Source of the DNA: Enoplolaimus lenunculus
Lineage: Eukaryota
Length of the DNA stretch: 64,000 nucleotides
Assembly (NCBI GenBank): GCA_030248215.1
Contig: JASANG010003752.1
Location: forward strand, 372,001-436,000
Direction: 5' to 3'
Position numbers and translations under genes: made by a program. Positions 1-12,791 of the stretch are shown piece after piece (the stretch's first letter is position 1; every line of letters begins with the position of its first letter). The notes beneath the pieces are model-generated. The model made no database searches, had not been told where the DNA came from, and saw only the letters and a list, made by a program, of their open reading frames with translations.

Positions 1-3000
1 TTCACTGATCACCCATTGGTAAACATCCCAGATTTAATTATGATATGTGTATTTTGATTTCAAAGTTAGTGATAAACAGTTTATAACGTAAATCGAGCAG
101 GTCACATCTATGCACTGTAAAATTACACAATTGTATTGAACGCAGAACAAAAAATAAGGGTATGTGAGATCGGTAGCGGTAAATGAATTTGGTAAAGTCT
201 GGTAACGGGTAAAAGAATTTTGCGCGGATATACCCGCGGGTAAAAAATATAAATTCGGCGGGTAAAGCGGCGGAACGCGGGTAAAAAAACTTTACCCACT
301 TGCATTTCTGAGTGTGAGTGAGCGTACAGTATTTTTATTTTATTGTCAATTTAAGTTTTCGAAATGTAAGCATCAAACCGGTCTGAACATCGAATCCCCT
401 CCCCTACCAGAAAATTCCAGGTCTGCCAATGAACATACATTTTAATGAAACAATTTTATTCAACTGAATAGGTTGCGTCCACTTTTGAAATCGTTTTAAT
501 ACCGCTTTCTGTACGATTATGTTTCGAAATAAACTTAAAATATTAATAACGCCACCGACGGCCTTTTTATATTTATCCAACAAAAGGTTATATCTAATGC
601 ATAGTGAGAATAAGGTTTGTGTTTTGTCCAGTTTAGCAAGTTGGTCCATTTGAAACAACAACAATCTGGTAGTATGTCTTTACTGTACACGTAGATATAT
701 TCGTCATATTGTTCACAAAAATGAATCTTCAGACTATTTTGTTAAATAAATTTATTTTCATGCCATTGAATTTTCATTGGTGTGATTTGCCTGTGCGCTC
801 CAAGCAAACGGTACTGCAGGCTTTTTTTAATATTTTGAAGCCAAAAACAAGGGGCCGTAGCCAAGGGGGGTGCAGGTGGGCTCAGCCTCCTGGATAAATT
901 TTGGCCCCATCAGAAAATTTTCAACCATGCTTGCAACTTTTGAAAACCCTTGAATGCTCCACCTGAAAATTTTTAGCCCAACCTAGCGTGGTGAGCAGGC
1001 TAAGGACCTGCAAACACATGTATAGCATTACTGCGTAATGCTCAAGAAAATACGCGTTGAAATAGAATAAACGTATTTATGGTTTAGCCACAAATTACGT
1101 TTCGATAGTATTTTACCTCATGTGAAACTTTATTTCTGCTTGCATGTTATGTGCGAGAACATGCGAGTATTAATGCTTTTCATTTGATAAATACGTACAG
1201 GCTGGTAAACACATCCGGATTATAAGGATACGGTTGTGAGTTTTGCGGCCTCGTATACAGATAGGAGGCAGTTGCCTAGAAGAATTTTGGCCCCTCTAAA
1301 ATTTTTCAACCTCGGTTGTAAGTCCAGCGAAACCACTTCTATGCCCTTTCTGAAAAATGTTTAGCCTCCTTTAGCTACGTGAGCTGGATACGGGACTGAA
1401 GTTTTGCATGGCGTATCCTGCTATAGAACTGTGTTAAAGGGATCCGTTGTATTAGTCTTTCCAAACGTTTATTATTGAAATGCGTTGCGGACTGACATTT
1501 CCATATGGTCAGGGTCGGATGAAGGTGGTGGAAGGCCCGGGGCCAATACGACCAGGAGGTACGGGGCTCGTATAACTAGGAGGTCCGAGGTACCATATGA
1601 CTAGCAGGTCTTTATATTATCTATAATTATTTTGTACACCAGAGCATAAAATTATAATGTAAATGAAACAAATTGTACCAAAAGTACTGAACAGGAATTC
1701 ACGGCCAAGGGTCTATTCTAGATTTGCACTTAGAGAAGTCACTTACGGTGCCACCGAAGTCTAGAAATTTTTTAAAGTCCAAAAATGGACGGTACGGGCC
1801 CCGTTTTCTTTCTTTTTCTTACCTTCTTGCCCACCATATTTGCCAAAAATTTCATTCAACACACTATAAATGTGGCATCGAATCCACGATTCAACCGAAT
1901 CCGAACCCGACTCCGAATCCACTACTAAACTGAAGAAGTTTCTCAACATTTGGAAAAACGTTTTGTACCCTCTTTTATATAACCGTGCCAAAAAAACGCA
2001 ATCAGTACTCCCCAAAAATCCCATAGTGGTCCGACCGGCGTTAGATTATGAATACTCGGCCGTTAACAGGACGGAGACGGCTGCCCAGCAACTTCGGGGT
2101 TCGCAAAAAAAATTTTGTTCGCTTGCTATAAATTGGAACATATCGTCAGTTTTCGGTTGGTAAGAGGCCCCCTGTTGGTGGGGGCCATTGCCCCCCCCCT
2201 TAATCCGGCCCTGCGTATAGTAATAGTTACAGTTCGGGGACAGATGTGATAATTTCATCGCAGCTTGGTCATTTTGAAATCGGATTGGCGGATTTAAAAA
2301 AATTAACGCGAGATATTTTTAGAAAAATAAGCCGTCTTATATCTTTTTGGGGGACAAATACAGTAATTTGAACGTATATACAGTAAATTTTTAGCCATTT
2401 AAAAATGATTTACAAAAGTTTTCGCTACTGAGCTCGCGGAATTATCCGAATAGCCCTTTGCAAATTAAACGTTTTCCCCACAAGCCTGTTGACAAAGGAG
2501 GGCCAGAGGGGCTAAGCAAACCCCTGGATAAATTTTGGCCCCCAACGAAAATTTTCAACCTTGCTTGAACGTCATCAAAAACCCTTGTATGTCTCTCTTG
2601 AAAAAAGTTTTGTGCCCCCCTAGCAAGGTGATCTGGCAATGGGTCTGTATCACCAATGATGTGTAAACCAAAAAAGCAACTTATATTTAAAATTTTACAC
2701 TGTCGCACTTAACTTCAAGGAAAATAATTAACCTGAGAAGTAAAGGCGTGAGGCAAATTTTAGTCTTCGACACCAGCGGATATGTGAGAAAACGACCGTT
2801 ACACAGACATGCCATCACAGGGGGTTCGAAAGGGTCTATGGACACCATATATTTGTGTGGGAACCAAGAAGCCAAAAATTAAAAATAGAATTATGCCTGA
2901 AAATAAAATGCGATGGGCATCCAGCATCTTGACTTCGAACGGCTATAATTCAATGAACAAGCTGTTGTTCGAATCTCAGTAATTCAAACCGTGTCCGTGC

Positions 3001-4848
3001 AATTGGCGTTACAGTTGCTCTTCGGCTTCATATGGGCATTGGTCAAATTAGTTTCATGTCTACGTCTCTGATAATTAAAGATTCACTTAGCTTCGGTTGT
3101 TTTAATTTGTAAATTAAAATTAAATTTTTGTTCAAGTTTTTACAACTACACATAAAACCTGAATCCGTTGAGATTATACAAATTAACTGTAAGCAGAATA
3201 CTGCGTTTATGAGTGCAAATAGGACGTTTGGGAGCGTAAAGTTTGTTTCATATTTTTCATATTTTGAGCCCAAGGTCATGTATATATGAATTGGGTCCGT
3301 AGCGACAGGAGGATAGCGGATGAATTTTGTGAGAAAACCTTGGGCAATGTAATGACTCTTGATGAAACTTATTATATATCAGAATGATAAAGCCGATTTT
3401 TACTAATTTCGCCCAGTGCAAGATTGTACAGAATACAGCGGTGCAAACTGCAAACTGGCTTTGATATAAATTTTGTTTGAGTTTCCAACCTTCAACGCTT
3501 ACAATTTTTCGGTTCCAACCTGCCGAAGCAACGCTTGTTACTTTCGATTGTAGCTTTTTCAAAATACTGACTGAAACTAGTGACCGATTGAGCAATTTTT
3601 GAACGGAGAAAGAAGCGTAATAAAATCGCAAAAAAATCGCGAACAAAACAAGCCACAAGCTAAACACAATTTTAGTACTAAATCATATCGCAAAATATTG
3701 CGCCGCTAAGATTTCTGTTCAGGGGTAACGCTTAGGTGAACACCCTTTGCGTTCGCCAGTGAGCGAAACAAATACTTACTAATAAATTTGACTAAATTTA
3801 TGTTTACAAAGCTGTACCAGATGCAAACCGGTGAAGTATTACTGGAACAGCCATTATTTATTGCTTAAAACCCTAGAATGTTTTAGGCAGCCTTTTACAG
3901 AGAATTTATGTGTTTACAAGTGTGAAATATACCGATTACTACGTAAGCAACGTACCCGAGCTGGTTCGGTTTTGGTTTAACGCACGAGCCTGAGCGGACT
4001 TAAGAGGCTATTTTTCTTAATAACTAAATGATAACTGATATGAATACACATACATGCAACCATTATATATGTGTCGTATCTCAAATCGTAATTCAGCCCA
4101 ATTCCGAATTAGGCTAGTCAAAAGCGAAATTACGACTTGGGATAGATATATTATATATTTATATACATATTTTGGGCAATGCGCTCTGCCCGGTAAGAGG
4201 GGGCCCACCCAGACCTAGATTTATCGTCAGCAATGAAAAGTAAAATTTTGTATTAAGATTTTGCCTTGAAATTGCGATTGGCTTCTCGTGTGGTAGCAAT
4301 TTTTTTCACTTATACATCATACAGCCCGTTCTGGTCCAAAATTGCTGATGTGCCCCTGGCTATGCGAACGGTTTATGCGAATTGATGTTGCTATGTATTT
4401 TATTTCTATTTTCGTACGGGTTGTTATTATTAAACGTCCTTAACAAAAACATTGTAAAATACCCGACTAGTTAGATTTGGTTAAATATGTAGTGTACAGA
4501 AATTTCGTTCCGTTAAAATCCGCTGCCATTTCAATGCCGCACACTTCACTGGTTGGTGGTTGAAACCTGTTTACTGGTTACTACTGTATTGGCGCAGGTC
4601 TTTTATTTCAATACTTCACCTCGGCCCATAACCCATTCTTCCAACAGTTAAATTTATCATACTTATCCGAATTAATTTCTTTGACGAGGGAGCAGGATAT
4701 ACGACGCGCTCTCGAAATTTGTGAAGAAACGAGGAAAAAACTATTTGAACATAAGTTTTCAAATAACTTATACTGTACTCTACAGATGTAAAAAAACAGA
4801 TTTTGTGCGCTCATAATACCTTCCGCAAACACCGCAGAAAGTTACCTA

Positions 4849-5060
4849 CACTGCAAAAAATAGAGAGTCTCTGGGAAATAGGCTTTTCCTCACTACACAA
4901 ACTGAGTCAAAATTCGTCTCCGCCAGAGTCAAATTCGATTCACTGTGAATCGCTCAGTGATTCGAATTTCGCTCTGGCGGAGTCGAATTTGACTCAGTTT
5001 GTGTAGTCAGGAAAAGCCTATTTCCCAGAGAGTCAATTTGATTCCCTATTTTTTACAGTG
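4849..5060. mobile_element. CACTA/EnSpm-like MITE (shorter member of the 63269-63639 family)
   Basis: CACTGCAAAAAATAG...CTATTTTTTACAGTG, TA flanks, same internal motifs. Confidence 0.8.
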
Positions 5061-6144
5061 TAGTACTGTTGACTAAACGAGCGTTGGTCGAAAGAGAGTA
5101 AACTGTTTTATTTATTAATATTAACCGGAAGCGAACCCAGTTGGTATATATTAACACCCAGGTAAGTATCATTGGTAAAAACATTAATTTATTTCCGTTC
5201 AAACCGCGTTCAGCAAGTGTGAGAAATAAAAACATTCATACTGAGAGTGTGAAAAATCATCATTTGCGGCACTCGCTAGGCTTTATTTTGCGAATAGACT
5301 TAAAATGCCGTTTTCTCAAATATGACAAATTGGTTTCAGACAAACTCTGTTTTGAACGAGTAACTTTGAACTGAGAACGGTTCGATTAATCATACGTATG
5401 CAACAATTGAGAAACTTCTAATACTACTGCTGTTACGATTTATGTTACCTATACGGGGTCTACCGGTATAGCCTAAATTAAACACACCCGTAAGCCTAAG
5501 CCTAAAAATAAGCGTCGACCAAAGCCTAAGCCTAACCAAACCTGAACGCACCGTCTCTAAAACACCACCCCACTGATTCACGTTTGGCAAGTGCCTATTC
5601 TTGACATGAAATGCTCTTGCAGAATGTGCATAATCGCTTGTCTGTGACAGGAATGTTTTATTTTTCACAATAGCACAGACTAGAAGTGTAAACCAGAATT
5701 TCGTTTCAGTAGAATTCTATACAATTGGGTACGGACGAAAAATTTATTCTAAAAGTTCATTGTTTATCGTTTCTTTAGAAATTTCGGTAGGAGATATACT
5801 AGACTGTTTCGTTTGTATACGCCCTTGCAAGTGCTCCAAAATATCACTTCTTGACAGCGGCAACACTTTTTCGACTGAGGGCAATTTTCACAATTATACG
5901 CCTTATTCGTTGCGCAGAAACCTAGTGCAAGCATTTCAAATAATGTTTTTTGGTGAAATATTAAAAATCAAAGTTTAGAGGCGATTTACATATCAAAACA
6001 GGGTTTTTATCACAACAACTGTTTCTGATTATACTCTATAGCTGCAACCTTTATAGTATTCGGCAAATTTAACATAATATTTACCACTTTTTTTCACCAA
6101 GAACGTAAGGTGTACATAACTGCGAACAAATATCTATATATTAA

Positions 6145-6541
6145 AGCTGGAACGCACCAATATACATTTCCAGCATTACTTTGTTTACAATAATTTGTTA
6201 GGAAATACACGTGATTGTTCTATGAAAAAAAATTTGCAACGAAATTTTTGCGCTTTCGCTAACTTTTGCGCATTGCGCAAAAGCTGACAGACTAGTTATT
6301 ATAACTAGTCAGCAGACCTTGAGCAATACGCAATAGTTAGCGAGAGCTTTAATTCTATAGATGTGCAGGTCTTAAAATCAACACTCTGCCAGCTTTACGC
6401 AATGCGTAAGTTAACGCGAGCACAAAAATTTCCTTGCAAATTCTCTTTTCATAGAACAATCACGTGTATTTACTAACAAAGTATTGTAAACAAAGTAATG
6501 CTGGAGATTTGCCCAAAATACGTATGTGGGGCATTTCAGCT
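6145..6541. mobile_element. Long-TIR foldback MITE, TTAA-flanked (Kolobok-like)
   Basis: ~150-bp imperfect inverted arms; TTAA|AGCTG...CAGCT|TTAA. Confidence 0.7.
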
Positions 6542-7207
6542 TTAATATATAGATTAAACCTCAAAACTGCAAAGATTATTTGAACTTTCCATAGATTGAT
6601 GCGTCGTATGTAGCACGGAAAAACAAACCTTGGAATCGGTAAATCGAGAAAATCACTGAACTGCCACAAAAATTTAAATATTTAAGTTTGCGTTTTATGG
6701 CTTCGGTAGAAGTAACGATAACAAATTGTAAAATTAATACCCCTGGAAGATGTTCACTGTTTTCAGTTAGACAAGAACGGTCACCAGGCAGAATCCAATT
6801 TGTGCTGAAAAATTTTAAACGTCCATCAGGAAGTAGAGGTTGCCGCAGAATTATGTAAAAAAAAGTTTTACCGACGTTGCCAAAAACTTTACTTTCAGTC
6901 GATTTTTATCTCAATTTGGGCCGATAAATATTTGAAACTAGCCACCAAGTCAGAGACGAGCTATCTGAACAAGCAAACTGATGTGACATTATGAAAAATT
7001 TAGCCAGTCAAATTGCCCATGTCAGTGTCACGTTCACTCACGTATAATTGCTTCTAGCAGCTACATAATAAATTTGTTGTGCTAGCAGCAACTAATTGCA
7101 ATCTACACGTGCAATAAAACTGCACAATATACAACAGTGTTTTAGTAAGACTTGTATGTATAGTTTAAAATCATCTGAAGTCGTGAAAATCTACTTGGGC
7201 GTGAGTA

Positions 7208-7280
7208 TCAAGCTCCAATAGCTGAGTGGCGACTGTAAAACCCTGCCGCCCGAGAGGTCGGTGTTCGAATCAAAGCTTGA
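7208..7280 (+). pseudogene. tRNA-like fragment with Pol III A and B boxes (not an intact tRNA)
   Basis: TAGCTGAGTGG (A box) and GTTCGAATC (B box); no proper acceptor stem for a GCTCCAA 5' end; homologous to 53046-53105. Confidence 0.6.
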
Positions 7281-10200
7281 AAATAGGTGTCTGATAAAAC
7301 ATAAAATGTAGAAAATAGTTAGTGGAAAAATTTTCAAATATTAATGTTTACAAGCGTTAACAGAGTACGCCGGTTGGCACGGTAAAAATTGCCAAGAAAC
7401 CAACTTTCTGCTTAGTTTTTCTTGTCTGCTAAACAGACCGTTGTTTTGTTTTATAAGCGTAGAAATAGTTCAGTGAAAATATGTCAAATAGGTTGTAATT
7501 AACGTCGAAGTTACAGCTTAAGTATGGTTAGCATAACAAATGAGCTACGTTTTTAACAATATTTGTTCCGCCGGTAAAAAATATATGTTGGTACATTAAT
7601 GTTTACCGATTTGAAGTTAAATCCTAGTGACAGCAAAACAAATGACACGGTGTTTTCTTTATTAGAACATTCGGTGTATTTCCAATATATGTTTCTAAGG
7701 TACATATGGTGTGTTAGAATTTGAATTGTCTGCGGTAAACTTAACGCGCCTGTAGCCGGAGATAAGCCAGGGTCACGAGCTCAGACCCACTTCAGATGAA
7801 CGATAATTTTAGCTCTATTTAGAAAAATTTCAACCTCAATTGCTTGTAAAGTGATGTAAACTTTTTGCATGTCCTCAAGGCTGAGGCCGCCCGTCGCGGA
7901 ATCTATAATGCTATGCTTCCATGTAATTCGTGCAAGCCGATAAACGGCGTGGGAACATGAGATTGTATAGATTATATCTAAATTTACGTTTCAGCATCCA
8001 CTGGGGCTTAACGTCAGGAATTATTGAACTTTAAATTGATATTAGCACGGGTTGACAAGGTTTTCCAGCGGGTTTTTGAGTTCAAGAAACTTGTTCCGTC
8101 ATCACTGCCAGCCCTATATTGTTGTTCATCGAGGTGCTTTCGCCGTTCATTGGTGCCCTGTTCGCGATATAAAATCAAATGCTTAATCTTGTTTTCTATA
8201 CAGCTGCATGTTTGATGCTTTTCGAACTTCCCAAAAATACTTAAATGCTCAGAATTTGGTCTAATTTTCAGGAATAAGCATAAATATTCGTGTAGTCAAT
8301 TTGGAAGCCTTTGGCTTCCAATAGACAATGTTGTGTGAGGTCCGTAGCCAGCGTACCTTGCTAGGGGGGTTAAAATTTTTTGAAGGGTATTCAAGGCTTT
8401 ACAATTAGTCACAAGCAATGTTAAAAATTTTCTATGGGGACCAAAATTTTTCCACGGGGCTGCCCCCTCTGGCCCCCCCTTGCCTACGGGCCCGTGTGGT
8501 TTATAAACCGTAACTATAACAGTTTGGTACCAAAAGAAGTGCAGAACGAAACCATCCGATGGTCAACCCATGTGAAGATCAGGAGCAGAACGTTTTTCTG
8601 CGGGACTGCAATCGAGTAAGCTTAAGCTTTAGACAGTTTTTGCTTACGCTTAAGCTTAGACTTACACTTAGGTACAACCTTCATCTTCCGCTAAGGCTTG
8701 GCTTAGGCTTGGGCTTACAAATATGCTTATACTGCTGTTACGAATCTGTTCTAAACATTAGCCCAGTGTTCTAAAAGCTTACAGCAAGTCCATTTCCAGG
8801 CGCGGCTCTTTAGTTTCTATAATCGGGAACATTAAATTTATGGAGTATACTGTATTGACCCGAATAAGAGTGGGGACTGATATTTATTTGGCCTCTCCAG
8901 AGGGTACCCATCCCCCTTGTGAGCCAGCTCACCTTGCTAGAGAGTCTAAAAAAATTTTCAGGAGGAGGGCAGTAATGGGTTTGACTATCAAGAAAGTTGA
9001 AAATTTTCTAAGGGTGCATAAATTTTCTCAGGGGTGGCTGAGTCCCCCAGCCCCCAACTTTGCTACGGGCCCGTCCTGGAAGAGTGTACAACCGCTTTGA
9101 ATTGATTGGTTACAGCACTAATCCGGCTGAAACGTTAATTTATGCACAGCATCAATCGTTTTATCAGCCCAAGTGCCCTGTATATAATGTTGACAGAAAA
9201 CTTGGTCTGCGCTGCCCAAAACAGTGTGAATATTTCATGTATATTGCCTAGTTTACCGTTAAGCCAGCATAGCCAGGTGTAAACGGATAGTAAAATAACG
9301 GAAACGGAAACAGATATCCGGTTACGCCACGGGTTTTACATCATTTTGGGTGTACAACTTATTATCTTCATGAATATTTTCTATTTCATCTCAAATCTGA
9401 GTTATAAAACAAAATTTGAACCACCGAACAGTCTTATTTCTGGAACACATTTACCATCACCAATCAGCTTTAGAAGCTTACTGCTCTAGTCTGAGTGTCT
9501 CACAGGTTTTGCGGAGTATTTTGTAATGCCTATAGGGGAACACATTGTTAGCACTGTGTATGGTCAACTTGTTGCACGCGCACAGCTTGCAATTAGTGCA
9601 GCCCTGGGTAGGTCGTTTGAGGCACAGTTCCAAACCAGAAAAATGCCCCACTGAGATAGTTCGGATTTTAACGATCCGCCGTCCAACGTCGTTGTCAAAA
9701 AAATTTTCTGAGTAATAATTCCTGTCAGGGTCTCAAAAGTGTTGAACAGCGGAGTTATCCGCTACGGCGTTGAGATTGTATGAAATTGATATTTACAGAA
9801 ATTGATATATTCAAATCAAGCACAACATTATTCGATCATTTTAAGAGTATTTATCAAACTTAAATTAAAATTTGAAGCTCAAAGCTTGGTGGAAATCTGA
9901 AATAGCCAAATATAACGCACTCTGTGGCCGTGATATCGATATATTTCAAACATAAAGGTTTGACAATATCTTAAAGGTAATTATTCTATTTTCGTTCCGC
10001 GCGAAACGAGAATTTTTTGGCGTTTTGTCATATGTTTCTAAACCACACATTTTTAGAAATTATATGCCATAGCAGTGGCACATCTGCGCCCCCAAGAATC
10101 CTTTAGCGTGGCGGATTCCGAATATATTGAATTCCAGCAATCAAGCTCCTGAGAGTTAGCTCCGAGACGAGTAAGCAGCTAAGATTTAACGACATTCATG

Positions 10201-11088
10201 TTTACAGATATTTTGAAACCCAAGTTAAAACACCTGATGTGAAGGCATGGCGTTTTAAATGGCATGTACAGAAGCTCACATACACTATGATAGGAAGTAT
10301 AATTCTAGCGATAAACGTGAAAATTATATACATTTCGCATTTTAGCAACTTGAAAATGACACAAAAGTTATTTTGTTTCGGGCAAAAATGTTGCCCCTTA
10401 GAATGCTGTCCGCGCCTACCTGACCAGAAGGTTGGGGGGTGCTTCCGACGGCATTGTCAAATAGTTGCTCATAGCACACTTCTGTGGGAAAGGTTAAAAA
10501 TATTTTAACTGCTAGACACAGTCTAACCTATTAACCACTAGAATGTGTCTAAAGATGTCGTGTTCTTCATTCTAATAAACGTTATATTCTACTAACTTTT
10601 TACATGTTATTTCTGTTTACATATACATGGTTTGGTTTCTGTGAGAATACCAAGGCCGTATTCGGGTCGTCTTCTATTAACGAGCATTTTTCTTCTAACG
10701 TCCTTGTGGTGTTCCTATTTAAGACGTACCGTTTAACGGGGTCGTATGCTGCGAGCATACAAGTTCGTTTGTTAACAATGCCACGGTTTCAAATCCTTCC
10801 CCTAGGTGTTAGACTGTATTGGGTATGGGGTGTAACCGATCCATAGCAATTTCTATAATGTTGAAATATACCGTTAAATTAGTATATAAACTGTAAAACT
10901 ACCAACGTATTAAAGAAAACTGTCTGCCAAGTTAAAATCGAGCAAAAAAACGTTTGCAGTTTTTTCTGATTTTAGTAAGTCACAATCCATCTTTGCATGC
11001 CCGTATTTGTTCTTATGCGATGAGCACAATTATGCAGTTTAACGCTGCATTCATGTTTTCGTCGCCAGATTTATTTATTAGTAACTTT

Positions 11089-11295
11089 GGCCCATTTAAA
11101 TATCAGGGGCGGAACGTTTTTCGGTTGGACTAGAAAAGTGTGAGCTTAAGCTTTAGACTAATTTTTGGCTTGGATTAGCCTTAGGCTTAGGCCTACGCTT
11201 AGGAATATGCGCATTCTTGCACTTTGGTTTAGGCTTAGACTTAGGCTTAGGAATATGGTTATTGTATTGTTTCGCCCCTTTTCTTTACATTGGCC
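11089..11295. mobile_element. TTAGGC-carrying MITE, family A (TIR GGCCMATGTATAGAACAGGG), 8-bp TSD
   Basis: GGCC termini, TSD GTAACTTT on both sides, internal degenerate TTAGGC array. Confidence 0.85.
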
Positions 11296-12077
11296 GTAAC
11301 TTTCAAAACAAACCATTAAGTAAAAAACTGTAACACTAGATAATGTTACACATTACACATATCACCGGTAAATCTAGGCTGTTTGTCAATGGGTGATCAG
11401 TGATTCAAAACATTGTTGCCTGTACAAAATCATTGTAGTTACGAGTGTATAAATCACTATTTCTTTATGGTTTCGTCGCAATTTGTGTAGAAATCGGCGA
11501 ACATATTGCACTAAAGCCTCAGAAAAGTATAACCTCTATAGGAACACGAAGAATGTGGGCAAATGGAATAAGATATATTTTGGCTGCCTTTTTCGATTGA
11601 ACACAAAATTTCTGGAGTGTAAAGAAACTAGGTCCTAGATTGTAATCTTCGGTAAAGCATGCTTCCGGAAACCATAATCTTAGCAACCTGCTTTATTTGG
11701 GCGGAATACTAGCAATGTACTTTGAACAACTCTTTGTAATTTCCTATGAAAATTTTAGGTGGGTAGAGATTAACAGATTTTTAACTGCACTTTGAACTCT
11801 TTTACCCAGTCCCAGGTACCCGCAGATACCCGCCGGTAGCGAGGAACTCTTCATGGTGGTACGTTAAACAACGGCACGCCATCTGTATAGCGGAGGGTCT
11901 CGGACTCGCGAGACTCCGACACCGCTTGCGTACTTAAATTTTCTGTTATATATTATATTTACATATACATATATATGCAATTTCTACACCTGTAGCTGAC
12001 ATATACATCATTTTGGATAGTCCAATGATGTAGCGGATATATGGTATTAGCGGTTTTAGCCATCTGGTTAATTCTAT

Positions 12078-12441
12078 TGTAAAACGCCTTCGCACTTATA
12101 AAACATAAAACCCGAGTAAACTTAACAAGAGAGTAACGTAAACAGTTTATTATACGACGAAATAACCACGCTATGAGTATAGTCAAGCACACCGGTAGAA
12201 CAAACAGTCTGATCATGAATCCTCCTTAAACTCCAGTGTTTTCAGCTTATATACCACTTCACCGCCTACGCAACTCGTTGTCACTAAATCATTGGCCCAC
12301 GTATCGTTCGCTAATCCACGTGTCACTCCATGCTTAGCCCACGCATCGCTCGCTAATTTGGCCACGTACACATTGTTGCTAGCTAGACGTGAATAAAGCA
12401 AAACATGTCGTAAAGAACACGTTCACTTCATTCACGTTACA
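12078..12441 (-). repeat. 3' LTR (364 bp)
   Basis: Direct repeat of 17176-17539, with TG/CA termini. Confidence 0.97.
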
Positions 12442-12452
12442 GAACCCCCTCC
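12442..12452 (-). promoter_or_regulatory. Polypurine tract (GGAGGGGG-ttc)
   Basis: Purine run immediately upstream of the 3' LTR on the element strand. Confidence 0.8.
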
Positions 12453-12539
12453 GTATTAAGCGGAGCGCTGAGCCTGGACCTGAACATCAGGAGAAAATCG
12501 TACTGTCTTCTTCGCCGGGCCCAAGGAATCGTGCATCCC

Positions 12540-12791
12540 CGCGATGTGTTGATGTGCAAGGTCCAGTGCATCGCTGAGATCCTGACGCTTGATTGGCACC
12601 TTCGCTTGCGCGAGAGGCAGCACGGTAGACCTAGATACGTATGCCAGCCGATTGCTGCCGAAAAACTTGACCGCCAGTGAGTTTCGTGGTCGTTTGCACT
12701 TCGCGAGGTCGGTGCCATCAGGGGAAATGACCAGCGCAGGCCAATGGGGCCACTTGGAAAATTTCGCAAGGATGACATCGCCAATTGCAGG
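12540..12791 (-). other. PWWP domain (PHWP variant) fused in frame at the integrase C-terminus
   Basis: IGDVILAKFSKWPHWPALVISP...VKFFGSNRLAYVSRSTVLPL...LSDALDLA fits the PWWP pattern GDxVxAKxxxxPxWPAxV...VxFFG...AxV...LxP plus the terminal helix. Confidence 0.88.

Noticed and set aside
7208..7280. Functional tRNA gene
   Set aside because: A and B boxes are present, but acceptor and anticodon stems do not pair into a cloverleaf; a diverged second copy sits in a repeat.
2..11403. 17-bp inverted match (2-18 vs 11387-11403) as TIRs of a large transposon
   Set aside because: No transposase between them and no testable TSD at the window edge; more likely ends of separate small repeats.
11959..12401. 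Duplicated small ORFs (MIRLFVLP..., MLYSRLAS...) also at 16880-17499
   Set aside because: They are duplicated only because they lie in the LTRs; no coding evidence.
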